Shown here: piece by piece, positions 21,181 to 31,011 of the stretch
Position numbering within the stretch: the first letter of the stretch is position 1
Layout: every line of letters starts with the position of its first letter
Assembly (NCBI GenBank): GCA_034530875.2
Contig: JAVRCJ020000006.1
Coordinates: forward strand, 64,001 to 128,000
DNA: 64,000 nucleotides
Origin: Nostoc sp. DedSLP01
GTDB taxonomy: Bacteria > Cyanobacteriota > Cyanobacteriia > Cyanobacteriales > Nostocaceae
Direction of reading: 5' to 3'
Program-made: the position numbers and the translations under genes
The notes under the pieces: generated by a model
The model's database searches: none
What the model was told of the DNA's origin: nothing
The model's input: the letters and a program-made list of their open reading frames with translations, nothing else

Positions 21181-23742
21181 TCACCGTAATGGAGCTACTC
21201 CTAATGGGCCGCGAGTCACACCCAGCTGATTTTGCAACTTCAACTCTCGCCAGAGTTGAGAACCTGTAATCTCACCTTGCAATAATTGACTGTAGCGATG
21301 TATTGTTTTCGTCACTTGTTCTGGCGTTTCATTGACAAATTCGATGCGAAAGTAGCGTAAACCCAATTCTACAAGACGCTGTACATACTCGGCTCCGGTT
21401 TGAGCAGTGCCGTTAAATACAGTATTGCGGCAACCAATATCTGCTTTGAGGACGTGTTCGCTACCAACGCGGTCTTTTAATTTCACTTCATGCTTCTCGC
21501 AAGGTCGTCCACAGTTGGTATAGTCTGTTCCTGTAGATAAAAATGCACAAAATACGCAGTGTTCCATGTGAAACATTGGTATATGTTGGTGAATTGTAAC
21601 TTCAAACCACTGAGGTGGGCAACTTGTGAGCAGGTCTTCTAGTTGGGTGATGTTCAAATCATAAGAAGCCGTCAACCTTTCCAAACCAAAATGCTGCTGA
21701 AAGTAGTCTGCGGTTAAAGAATTAGCAACGTTGAGTGAAAAATCTCCAATACAACGGTCTGCTGCAAAATATTTTAATTGGTCATAGTTCCGCACCAAAT
21801 AGCCATCTGCTTCACAGGCACGTACTTGCTGCAAAATCCAATTTTCTCCAGGTTTAGTAATTCGAGGTGGGGCGACCCAGATGGTGGGGAGTGGAGAGTG
21901 AGGAGGAAATTTTTCGTCTATTTGCCCTTGTTGGCGCACTAAGTTTACAGCTTCTCGGTAGGCGCGGGGGTCTTCAAACTCACAATACAGTGTTTCAATA
22001 CCAGTTTGCAGTGCGGCTTGCAGTTGTTTGAGGTTTCGCACCAAAACGATGAGAGAGGGAGATGTAGTTTTGCGTTGGGTGGGAGATGAGGGATAAGGGA
22101 AAGAAACTAAATCTTGGAAGGAAACATTAGAACGTAATTGCCAGTGTTTGGGTTGACTTCGCAATTCTTCCAACTGTGTTACAATATCCCGCCGCATCCG
22201 ATTTAATTCACTGACAGGTAACATGATGGCACCGCTGAGGTGGTTGGTTAGGGTTCCCAAACAAAAGGGTGTGTTACCGAGACGACCGAATTGTTCTTCT
22301 AAACGGGCTGTATCTAAGGGTTTGGTATGTGCTTCTACTAATGAAATTGCAGATTCCAATTGCACAATATTACCAAGTCCATCGCGGGCGATCGCAATTA
22401 ACGGCTGACTAACTTCTCCATAAACCTCCAAGTCAATCGGACGCTGAAATTGTGGGTTTTCGCCTGCAAAACTTTGACGCAGTTGCTTATCAAGTTCCGG
22501 GTCGCTGGTTTTCCAAACCTTATCGCCTACATGCACCCGACGTAAGTTCAAATCGCTTCTACCAAAGGTCAACAGAGTTTCCTTACCTTTGGACGCCACT
22601 CCATACACTCGCCCGCCTTCTTCCTTGGCTTCTGGGTGACCGCAGTCAAACACAACTCCATCTCCCGGTTTAACAGGCGCTTCTAATTTGATTGCTATCT
22701 GTTCGTTGTGGATGCGAGTAACTTCACCTAAATAAACCCCGCGTTTTTTACCAAAACGCGCATGAACTAATTCTTGATTGTTAATCCCGCCAAACCAACC
22801 CGTGTAAAGTCCGCGAGAAAATGCCATCTCTAAGTTGTATTGTTCCTGAGAAGATGAAATTTGCTGCGACACTTTCCCCGCGTCAAATTCCTCCATCACC
22901 CGATCCAAGGCTTGCCGATAAACACGGGTGACATTAGCAACATACTCTGGGGCTTTCAGGCGGCCTTCAATTTTCAGAGAAGTTACCCCGGATTTCACCA
23001 AATCGGGCAAAACATCCAATCCTGCGAGGTCTTGAGGACTGAGTAAATATTTGCGATCGCCTAAATCTACAAATTCTCCATCAGCAATTAGATCGTAAGG
23101 CATCCGGCAAGCTTGGGCGCATTCACCACGGTTTGCAGAACGTCCCCCTAAAGCTTCGCTAGTCAAACACTGGCCAGAATACGCCACGCACAAAGCACCG
23201 TGAACAAAAACTTCCAAAGGTAGCGATGTCTGCTGTTGGGCAATTTGCTGCTGGATTTTATTAATTTCTTTAAGAGAACATTCACGCGCCAGCACTACCA
23301 ACTGACAGCCAAGGGACTTGGCAAATTCCACCCCAGCCGCACTAGTAATTGTCATTTGGGTAGAAGCATGGATAGAAAAATCAGGCGAGAGGTGACGGAT
23401 GAGACGACAGATACCAACATCTTGAACAATTACCGCATCCACATCCGCTGCAATAATCGTGCGGAGATATTGTTGTGCTTCTGCTAATTCTTTAGGAAAA
23501 ATTAGTGTATTTACCGTGACATAACCCTTCACGCCCCGACGATGCAGAAATTTCATCAAACTCGGTAAGTCTGCTTCTGTGAAATTTTGCGCCCGCATTC
23601 TGGCGTTGAAGCGATCTAAACCGAAGTAAATTGCATCGGCCCCATTTTCTACAGCAGCTTTAGCACATTCCCAGTTACCTGCTGGCGCAAGTAATTCGGG
23701 ACGTTGAAGAGAAGGTGAAGAAGGGGAGCGATCGCTTTTCAT
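21181..23742 (-). CDS. Peptidase U32 family protein with DUF3656 (RlhA-like RNA hydroxylase)
   Basis: PELLAPAG, HASTQ, E-x-FVHGALCVAYSGQC, NRGECAQACR, KIEGR; 853-aa long-form architecture. Confidence 0.88.
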   Translation of the reverse strand: MKSDRSPSSPSLQRPELLAPAGNWECAKAAVENGADAIYFGLDRFNARMRAQNFTEADLPSLMKFLHRRGVKGYVTVNTLIFPKELAEAQQYLRTIIAADVDAVIVQDVGICRLIRHLSPDFSIHASTQMTITSAAGVEFAKSLGCQLVVLARECSLKEINKIQQQIAQQQTSLPLEVFVHGALCVAYSGQCLTSEALGGRSANRGECAQACRMPYDLIADGEFVDLGDRKYLLSPQDLAGLDVLPDLVKSGVTSLKIEGRLKAPEYVANVTRVYRQALDRVMEEFDAGKVSQQISSSQEQYNLEMAFSRGLYTGWFGGINNQELVHARFGKKRGVYLGEVTRIHNEQIAIKLEAPVKPGDGVVFDCGHPEAKEEGGRVYGVASKGKETLLTFGRSDLNLRRVHVGDKVWKTSDPELDKQLRQSFAGENPQFQRPIDLEVYGEVSQPLIAIARDGLGNIVQLESAISLVEAHTKPLDTARLEEQFGRLGNTPFCLGTLTNHLSGAIMLPVSELNRMRRDIVTQLEELRSQPKHWQLRSNVSFQDLVSFPYPSSPTQRKTTSPSLIVLVRNLKQLQAALQTGIETLYCEFEDPRAYREAVNLVRQQGQIDEKFPPHSPLPTIWVAPPRITKPGENWILQQVRACEADGYLVRNYDQLKYFAADRCIGDFSLNVANSLTADYFQQHFGLERLTASYDLNITQLEDLLTSCPPQWFEVTIHQHIPMFHMEHCVFCAFLSTGTDYTNCGRPCEKHEVKLKDRVGSEHVLKADIGCRNTVFNGTAQTGAEYVQRLVELGLRYFRIEFVNETPEQVTKTIHRYSQLLQGEITGSQLWRELKLQNQLGVTRGPLGVAPLR

Positions 23743-23815
23743 GTTTACTTAGGATTCAGTAGCACCATAGCGATCTTACCTAAGTTGATGGGGGATGGTG
23801 GGGGGGTAGGGGCGA
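23727..23815. repeat. 89-bp direct repeat, copy 1 (HIP1, U32 start codon and upstream region)
   Basis: 81 of 89 positions identical to 24786-24874 by manual ungapped alignment. Confidence 0.92.
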
Positions 23816-23886
23816 GCATTATCTTCAAGCTAGTGTTTTAATTCACCTGGAAGTGATGAAAAAACGATCCTATTTCCAATTTTTGT

Positions 23887-23910
23887 GTGTACATTGTCCA
23901 CTAATATTAG
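23887..23910 (+). promoter_or_regulatory. Possible TA operator palindromes
   Basis: GTGtACAtTGTcCAC and CTAATATTAG about 45-65 bp upstream of the RHH antitoxin start. Confidence 0.35.
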
Positions 23911-23952
23911 TTATGCTGTAAATATAGACTCAGCTAAAAGCGGGAATTAGCC

Positions 23953-24237
23953 ATGTCAGAAACATCATCTGCAAAAGATTGCCGTATTGATTTACGAGTT
24001 ACGCAAGAACAAAAAGAACTATTAGAACGTGCTGCAAGTCTGAAAGGAATTTCGTTGAGTGCTTATACACTTTTTCATGTTTTAGCGATCGCCAAGCAAG
24101 ATATCGATGCGAATGAAAGGCTGGTGCTGTCTAATCTTGATAGAGATTTGTTTATGTCAGTAATGGAAAACCCCCCAGAACTGAAGGGAAAACTCAAATC
24201 TGCTATTCAGCAATATAGACAGAAATATGGCAAATGA
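23953..24237 (+). CDS. DUF1778 family RHH antitoxin
   Basis: RIDLRVTQEQKELLERAA...SLSAY...LSNLDRDLF...NPP; overlaps the toxin start. Confidence 0.9.
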   Translation: MSETSSAKDCRIDLRVTQEQKELLERAASLKGISLSAYTLFHVLAIAKQDIDANERLVLSNLDRDLFMSVMENPPELKGKLKSAIQQYRQKYGK

Positions 24238-24748
24238 TAGCAAAGCAAGATGGAATTTTGTACCAATTGATAAAAAATACCAAAGAGATTCTTTTGATTG
24301 TGGTTATGCAATTTTGAATGATTATCTCAAGAAATATGCACGGCAAAATGATAATAAAGGAATTGCTAAAACATTTGTAGCAATTCCGGCATCAGGAAGC
24401 TTGAAGATAGATGGCTATTATACTGTCAGTGCCAGCGTTATTGAGTATGAATCATTACCACAATCTTATCATCGTGGAATGCCTGCCTATCCAATTCCAG
24501 CAATGCTGATTGGAAGATTAGCAGTAGATAATTCAGTGAAAGGACAAGGTTTGGGAGGCGAATTGTTAGCAGACGCTCTCTACCGTGCTGTTCGTGCTTC
24601 TCAAGAAATTGGAATATATGCTGTGAGAGTTGATGCTATTGATTTTCAGGCAAAGGAATTTTATCTTAAGTATGAGTTTATCCCTTTTCAAGACAATGAA
24701 CTCTCACTATTTCTGCCAATAGCAACGATAGTTAAAGAGTTTGGTTAA
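24227..24748 (+). CDS. GNAT toxin (AtaT/TacT-like aminoacyl-tRNA acetyltransferase)
   Basis: FDCG...LNDYL, GYYT, IPAMLIGRLAVD..KGQGLG, VDAID...FYLKYEF. Confidence 0.9.
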   Translation: MANDSKARWNFVPIDKKYQRDSFDCGYAILNDYLKKYARQNDNKGIAKTFVAIPASGSLKIDGYYTVSASVIEYESLPQSYHRGMPAYPIPAMLIGRLAVDNSVKGQGLGGELLADALYRAVRASQEIGIYAVRVDAIDFQAKEFYLKYEFIPFQDNELSLFLPIATIVKEFG

Positions 24749-24785
24749 CTTAATCACGGAAATATCAAAGATAACAAAATTCAAT

Positions 24786-24874
24786 AGCGATCGCTTTTCA
24801 TGTTTACTTGGGGTTAAGTAGCACCATAGCGATCTTACCTAAGTTGTTGGGGGATGGTGAGGGACTGGGGGCGA
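24786..24874. repeat. 89-bp direct repeat, copy 2 (orphan copy of the U32 5' region)
   Basis: Starts at the same HIP1; the minus strand reads ATG-KSDRY-stop (24801-24781). Confidence 0.92.
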
Positions 24875-24892
24875 TACTTCGCAATCAAAAGC

Positions 24893-26698
24893 TTATGTAA
24901 ACCTGCGAAAAAAATCCAAATAGCCTGAGGGTTTTACTTCTTCTACGTTTGAACCAATTCGTTGATAATATCTGTTGTCGTACATAACAGGGGTTTGCCC
25001 AGCTTTAATACAAAAGACAACTACATCTTTATTGTAATAATTGACAATTTTAATATTTCTACCAATATTATCTTTGACAGATTGCTCAATAGGTTGAGAC
25101 TGAATTTTCTGTATAAGCCATTTGAAAAAATTATCAATATCACCTCGAAGTCTCTTCGCTTCATGTCCAATTCCAGTTATCTTGAATTTGTTATATTCTA
25201 CGCTGTGAATATTGTACAAACTCTGTATTCTCATAGCATCATTTTCATTATCTGCAACTCCAACACATACATATCCTGTAGCTCCAGGTGAATGATTAGC
25301 CATAGCGGTGAGAGTTTTTATGATTTTGCTAAAATTATCTTCATCAAACTCCCCTCTTCCATCTAACCTTGTAAATCCTTGTTTGAAATCAAAGAGAGTT
25401 TGCTCTGTTCTTGATTGCGTAAGTAAAGTTTCAAATTCAGTTAACCAGCTATCAGTGGCAGGATCTACTTGTTCTTTAGGCTTAAAACAATTTCTGATAA
25501 TACCCTTAACAGCGGATACATTAGTATTTTTATTAGCGGCGCTCCAATTACCTCCAGTAGTTATTCTAATATGTTGCCCAATATTCGTTAGTTTACTGAT
25601 AAGTTCATTATAATTTATAACATCCATATTTTCTTTGAACATTAAATCATAAAAACTTAGAAAAATTATTTGGAAATACCGAGGAATTTTTTGGAAAGTT
25701 TGGTCAAAAAATATTAATTCACTGAACTTGCAATTAGATTGTTCTAATACTTTACGTATCTGGTCATAAACTTTCAGAAATCGTCTTCTAATAATATCAG
25801 GATTTACTTTCTGAAGCGCTCTTTCTATATCCTCTTTTTTTGTACTTTCTTTTAAACCATAAAACTCATCTAGTACGTCTGAACTACTTCTTGGTACCTC
25901 TGGTAGTGACATATATGCAACAAGATCAGCTACTATTTCTTCATCTTTAGATTCTCTAACCATTTCCTTTGTCAAAACACCATTTTTAACCCAAAAAATA
26001 TCATCAACTTTGATTCCGTAATCCAGTTGTTTATTAGTTATACTTATAAGCTTCATATCATTCAGTAGTAGTACATCTGAAGCAGATGTATCAGTTCTAA
26101 TCTCGCTTGAAATTTTTCGTACCATATCAGGAAAATATGCTGCTGCACCTGATGCCCTTAATTCTTGTCTAGAAAGATATTTACCATTTGAATTAATTCT
26201 TCTAAATATTTCATCTATTTTTTCTTCGTCATCAAATGAATAAACGGAAAGAGGCATTACATAACTGGCGACGGCTTCACATAAACTTCTTTCCAATATA
26301 GGAGTTTTTTGAGCTAATAATTGTTGATCTAGACGAGATTTTGATTCTACCATTGTTGCTAAATCAAAATATTTTTCATAAACATCAAATTCCCCTTCAA
26401 TAAAAGCAGTTATAGCATTTAATCTTTGCATACCATCTAGGATCTCAAAAACTGATTTTTCTTCTCTTTCAGTTTCTGCTAGCAAGATAATAGGTACAGG
26501 AAAACCTTTTAATATTGAATCAATAAATGCTCTTTTTTCTTCAATAGTCCAGACAAGTTTTCTTTGATATCTTCTGTTAACATAAAAAAGATTATTGATA
26601 TAAAAGTTATAAACTCGTTGGATTGACTCGCTTCTGATCGAAAGTTCCTTTTGAACAGAAGATGTAGTAGATTTAATTGGTGAATTAGGCATAATCAT
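24893..26698 (-). CDS. DUF262 (GmrS/ParB-like) domain fused to a C-terminal Schlafen/AlbA_2-like domain
   Basis: YQRKLVW, FIDSILKGFPVP, LDGMQRL and IFRRINS; C-terminal EQTLFDFK...TAMANHS...GYVCVGVAD...YYQRIGS; AT-rich, no HIP1 seen. Confidence 0.8.
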   Translation of the reverse strand: MIMPNSPIKSTTSSVQKELSIRSESIQRVYNFYINNLFYVNRRYQRKLVWTIEEKRAFIDSILKGFPVPIILLAETEREEKSVFEILDGMQRLNAITAFIEGEFDVYEKYFDLATMVESKSRLDQQLLAQKTPILERSLCEAVASYVMPLSVYSFDDEEKIDEIFRRINSNGKYLSRQELRASGAAAYFPDMVRKISSEIRTDTSASDVLLLNDMKLISITNKQLDYGIKVDDIFWVKNGVLTKEMVRESKDEEIVADLVAYMSLPEVPRSSSDVLDEFYGLKESTKKEDIERALQKVNPDIIRRRFLKVYDQIRKVLEQSNCKFSELIFFDQTFQKIPRYFQIIFLSFYDLMFKENMDVINYNELISKLTNIGQHIRITTGGNWSAANKNTNVSAVKGIIRNCFKPKEQVDPATDSWLTEFETLLTQSRTEQTLFDFKQGFTRLDGRGEFDEDNFSKIIKTLTAMANHSPGATGYVCVGVADNENDAMRIQSLYNIHSVEYNKFKITGIGHEAKRLRGDIDNFFKWLIQKIQSQPIEQSVKDNIGRNIKIVNYYNKDVVVFCIKAGQTPVMYDNRYYQRIGSNVEEVKPSGYLDFFRRFT

Positions 26699-27014
26699 TT
26701 TTTCATGAATTTAATTTATTATATATTAAATCAATTATTTATACCTAATAATTAGCTAGTTATCAATATATATAGAAGGTTTTTAAGACTTTTTTACACA
26801 ATAATCTAGACTTACTTGTATAAATCTCCCTAAGTAATTTTTAGTTAGAAAAGTTCATACTTATGAAGAAAGCAGTAAAGATAGACAGAAAGTTATTGAA
26901 TGGGATCAAGAGCAAGGAAAATCTTTGCCAAAGGTAATTACTTTTTCTCAGAAACAGTTAAAAGTAGCTTAAACTTTTTTTAGATACTTTGCATAAGTAG
27001 AGCGATCGCTCTCT

Positions 27015-27623
27015 TCACTCCAATTTTTCTGCATCAACTTCTGACTCAACAAGCTCAAAGTTTACCTTGTTATATAAATCCTGCAATGAAATTTCAAAGG
27101 GTACGGTTGTAAGTGCGATCGCTTCGTCTTCTTCATCATATTCCCGAAGCGTCCATTGCTTTTTCCCAGTTTTAGAAAATTGCTCTACACGAATTCGAGT
27201 TTGGTCAATTAACAGATATTCTTGGAAGGTAGAAATAGTTCGGTAAGCTTCAAATTTATCTTGGCGATCGTAAGCTTTGGTCGATTTTGATAGAACTTCT
27301 ACAATTACCTGTGGGTTTAAAATTATATCCCTCCGGTTGTTAAAAAACTCCGGTTGACCTGCCACAATCATTACATCTGGATAGGTATAGGTACGCTTTT
27401 GGAGTATCCATAGACGAATATCAGACATGAAAACTTCGTATTCTTGTTGTCTAAATGCAAAATTTAAGTTAGCGCTTAGATTCAAGGAGATTCGATTGTG
27501 ATTTGCTGTTCCACCCGCCATAGGAATTATTTGCCCGTCAATGTATTCACTTTTGTAGTCAGCAGCTTCTTCTAGCTCTAAATATTCCTCTGGGGTATAG
27601 TATCGCTGTTGTGTTATTTGCAT
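27015..27623 (-). CDS. Uma2 (DUF820) family endonuclease
   Basis: YTPEEYL, EYIDG..PMAG, YTYPD, VEVLSKST..YD...KF..Y; ATG 27623. Confidence 0.9.
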   Translation of the reverse strand: MQITQQRYYTPEEYLELEEAADYKSEYIDGQIIPMAGGTANHNRISLNLSANLNFAFRQQEYEVFMSDIRLWILQKRTYTYPDVMIVAGQPEFFNNRRDIILNPQVIVEVLSKSTKAYDRQDKFEAYRTISTFQEYLLIDQTRIRVEQFSKTGKKQWTLREYDEEDEAIALTTVPFEISLQDLYNKVNFELVESEVDAEKLE

Positions 27624-27744
27624 AGCTCTATGGGGTAACAATGTTTAACGATACGGAGCGTCTAGGCACTAAAGATATTTTATCCATGTTGACCGAACTG
27701 GTTAACAGGTTAGATAAAAATTTTATGTGCTGCTAACACCTTTC

Positions 27745-29601
27745 CTATTGATAACCGGCTGCTTGTAACAGAAACAATTTGGCATAACGTCCCCCTAGCT
27801 GTAACAGTTCTTCGTGAGTTCCCTGTTCTATAACTTCCCCATTTTCTATTACTAGAATTTTGTCAGCCATTCGTACCGTAGAGAAGCGATGAGAAATCAA
27901 AAGTACCATCTGATTTTGAGTAATAGCCCGAAAATGATTGAAAATCTCAAACTCAGCTTGGGCATCTATTGCTGATGTTGGTTCATCTAACACCAAGATA
28001 TCTGCTTGCGATCGCATAAAAGCACGAGACAAAGCAATTTTCTGCCACTGTCCCCCAGAAAGTTCCTGTCCTCCCTTAAACCAACGGCCGAGTTGAGTCT
28101 GGAAGCTTTGGGGTAATTGGTCGATAAAAGATTGCGCCATGCCTTTTTGAGCAGCAGTTTCCCAACGAGTTGTATTTTCGAGATCTTCTACATCGCCGAC
28201 GCCAATATTCTCACCCACAGTAAATTGATAGCGGACAAAGTTCTGAAAAATCACACCAATGCGACGCCGCAACACATCCACATCCCATTCTTGCAAGTCC
28301 AAACCATCTAAGAAAATTCGCCCAGAGTCAGGGGTGTAGAGTCGGGTAAGTAGTTTGATTAAAGTAGTCTTACCGGAACCGTTTTCACCTACAATTGCTA
28401 GTTTCTCTCTCGGTTTCAAGTGCAGCGAAATGTTTCTCAATGCTGGCTTGGAACTTCCTGGATAAGTAAATGATACGTTCTCAAAACGGATACCATCTTG
28501 AGGATTTAAACCAACGGTTGCCTTACCCCAAGACTTTGGTACTTTCTCTTCCAGAAAATCATAGAGATTTGATAGATATAGGTTGTCCTCATACATCCCT
28601 CCAATAGAAGTCAGGGCATTCGAGAAAGTAGACTGTCCTTGGCGAAACACAGTCAGATACATTGTCATGTCTCCCAAGGAAATCTTACCTAGCACTGTTT
28701 CCAGCACAATCCAAGCATAAGCTACATAAAAAGCGCCAGTACTGACTAAACTCAGGAGATACCCCCACAATCCTCTGCGGAGAGTCAAATCGCGGTCTTC
28801 GCCATAAAGTGTATCGAACAGGTTGCGGTAACGTCCTAGCAACATCTCTCCGAGTTGGTAGAGTTTGACTTCCGTGACAAAATCTTCTCTTGCTAGCAGA
28901 TTTTCTAGGTAGTGCTGTTGACGGGTTTCTGATGCGCGCCAGCTGAACAAGCGAAAGGCTTCTCCTGCAAACTTTGTTTCGGCAATAAATACAGGTATGG
29001 CAGCCAAAATCAGCATTAGCACCGCCCAAACTGAGAAATTAACTAGCAAAATACCGTATGTGAACAGGGAAAGGGCATTTTGCACTAAGCCAAATGTGCG
29101 GTTTACTAAGGAAAGGGGACGAACTGATGCTTCTCGTCGGGCATTGGTCAATTTGTCATAAAATTCTGAGTCTTCAAACTGCCTAAGATCCAGTGTCAGC
29201 GCCTTTTCTAAGATGAGTACATTTACTCGCTGACCCAGTAGCGCCCGCAATAACGATTGACAAATAGTGATTCCCCGTTGACTACCTGCTAGTAAAATTA
29301 CAGCGATCGCTTCTAATCCTACATACAACAAAGCAGGATAAATATTGACAGAACCATTACTGTCTGAGTTTACCTGAGAGGCAAATACGACTGCATCAAC
29401 AATTAACTTACTTATGTAAGATATCGCCCCTGGTAAAATACCAGCAACTAAAGTTAAACTAGCCAGAAAAATAGTAAGCGATCGGCTAGTAGTCCATACT
29501 AAGCTTATAGCCCGTCCACTGTACCGGAAAACCGTCAGTGATTGGCGTATAATATTTCTTTTTTTTTAATTTTCATCTTTACTTGCCGCGAGATACCCCA
29601 A
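27745..29601 (-). pseudogene. ABC exporter (TM plus ATPase) with an interrupted 5' end
   Basis: GENGSGKT, LSGGQWQK, LVLDEPT; protein-like frame continues upstream of 29331 to an in-frame TAA at 29568-29566 overlapping an A9 run. Confidence 0.7.
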
Positions 29602-29754
29602 GTGCAGCGAATCTTCCTGACTTTATTTAATCTTTATAAATTTTAGCAAAAAAGAACTCATAATTCAGGAGCTAGAATCACAAGTCTCCGAATCAGTAGT
29701 GACTTCCATACTTAAATTAACGAATATTCTCGATTCTGACTTTTATTTACATTT

Positions 29755-30885
29755 TTATCCCCACAATCTTCTACCTGCTTTGCCATTTAATCGCTGGTGA
29801 GCATCTTCCAATAAAGCTGGAATATCTAAATTTTCAGGACATCGCGGCAAACAATCACCGCATTCTGTACAGCGATTAGCTTTCATTCCAGGGAACCAAT
29901 GACCAGCATTTTCAAACATTCCATAACGATATTGTCCATAATCTTTCATGTTGTATGCTACTGCAAGATTTCGTAACCGCAATACCTCTGGAATATTAAT
30001 ATTTTCTGGGCAAGGCAAACAAGCATAACATTGACTACATTTATCAATTCCCAAAGCAATTTTTTGGTGATTTTCTAATCGCTGAAATACAGAAATTTCT
30101 TCTTGTGTAAGTTGATTATCTCGGTCAGCAACTCGCAGAGGTTCGATTAATTCATCTGGCTTGGCTGGCCCTACACTCAAAGTAGTAATACGGTTATCTG
30201 CAAGTAAAAATCGATAGTTTAATTCTAAGGGTGAATACGGGTCACACAGGTCTTTAAGGGTTTGGGGTGGCGTGTAGAGACGTCCTCCCTTATCGGCAGG
30301 GGAAATAATGAAAATCCCCATATCTTTTTCAGCAGCTAGTTGAATCGCTGGGGCGTGCCGTTGAAAAAAATAGTAATAATGCAGATTGACAAACTCAAAC
30401 AAATCTGTATTGATAGCTGCCTGAATTAGCTCTAACGACCCGTGAGTGGAAAAACCTACGTGTCGCACTCGGCGATCGGCAATGGCTTCTGCGACAGCTT
30501 GCATACAGCCATTTTTGGCTTGCACCCATTCCAGATGTTGCCAGGTGTTCAAACCATGAATGCCTAAGCAATCTAGATAATCTATTTGTAATTGTTCAAG
30601 GGATTCATCGATGCAGCGACGCATAGTGTCAGCATCGGCTGTAGGTGGAATTTTAGTAGTGAGGTGCAGCCTGGTGCGAGGTACTGATAAACCAGCTTTT
30701 AATGCCTGACCAAGATATTCCTGACTTTTGCCGTAACCTTTGGCAGTTTCTAGATGATTAATTCCTAAGGCTAAGGCTTGTTCAATGGTTTGCTGAGCAT
30801 TTTCAAAATCAGCAAGGTAGCGCATCGTTCCCAAGGAAAAAACCGAGAGGCGCAAATTTGTTTTCCCAAAGCGTCGGTATTGCAT
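29755..30885 (-). CDS. Aldo/keto reductase with C-terminal 4Fe-4S dicluster
   Basis: MQYRRFGKT, SLGTMR, GFSTHG, CSQCYACLPCP, CTECGDCLPRCP. Confidence 0.92.
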   Translation of the reverse strand: MQYRRFGKTNLRLSVFSLGTMRYLADFENAQQTIEQALALGINHLETAKGYGKSQEYLGQALKAGLSVPRTRLHLTTKIPPTADADTMRRCIDESLEQLQIDYLDCLGIHGLNTWQHLEWVQAKNGCMQAVAEAIADRRVRHVGFSTHGSLELIQAAINTDLFEFVNLHYYYFFQRHAPAIQLAAEKDMGIFIISPADKGGRLYTPPQTLKDLCDPYSPLELNYRFLLADNRITTLSVGPAKPDELIEPLRVADRDNQLTQEEISVFQRLENHQKIALGIDKCSQCYACLPCPENINIPEVLRLRNLAVAYNMKDYGQYRYGMFENAGHWFPGMKANRCTECGDCLPRCPENLDIPALLEDAHQRLNGKAGRRLWG

Positions 30886-30892
30886 CGTTAAC

Positions 30893-31010
30893 AGAGTTAG
30901 GAGTTAATAGTTAAGAGTTAGGAATTAGGAATGAGCAGTGAGGAGTTAGAAATTGAATGATATAATTCATAACTCCCAACTCATAACTCCTAACTCACAA
31001 CTCATAACTT
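30893..31010. repeat. Inverted STRR arrays (GAGTTAG.../...CTAACTC)
   Basis: Opposed heptamer tracts able to form a long hairpin. Confidence 0.8.
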
Positions 31011-31011
31011 T

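Noticed and set aside
23727..27641. Prophage, integron or composite transposon explanation for the TA/DUF262 pocket
   Set aside because: No integrase, transposase, attC-like sites, terminal inverted repeats or phage genes in the window
30893..31010. Repeat arrays here and at 3561, 17821, 32535, 37993 and 62521 as possible CRISPR arrays
   Set aside because: They are 7-nt tandem units with no unique spacers, i.e. ordinary Nostocales STRR, and no cas genes are present
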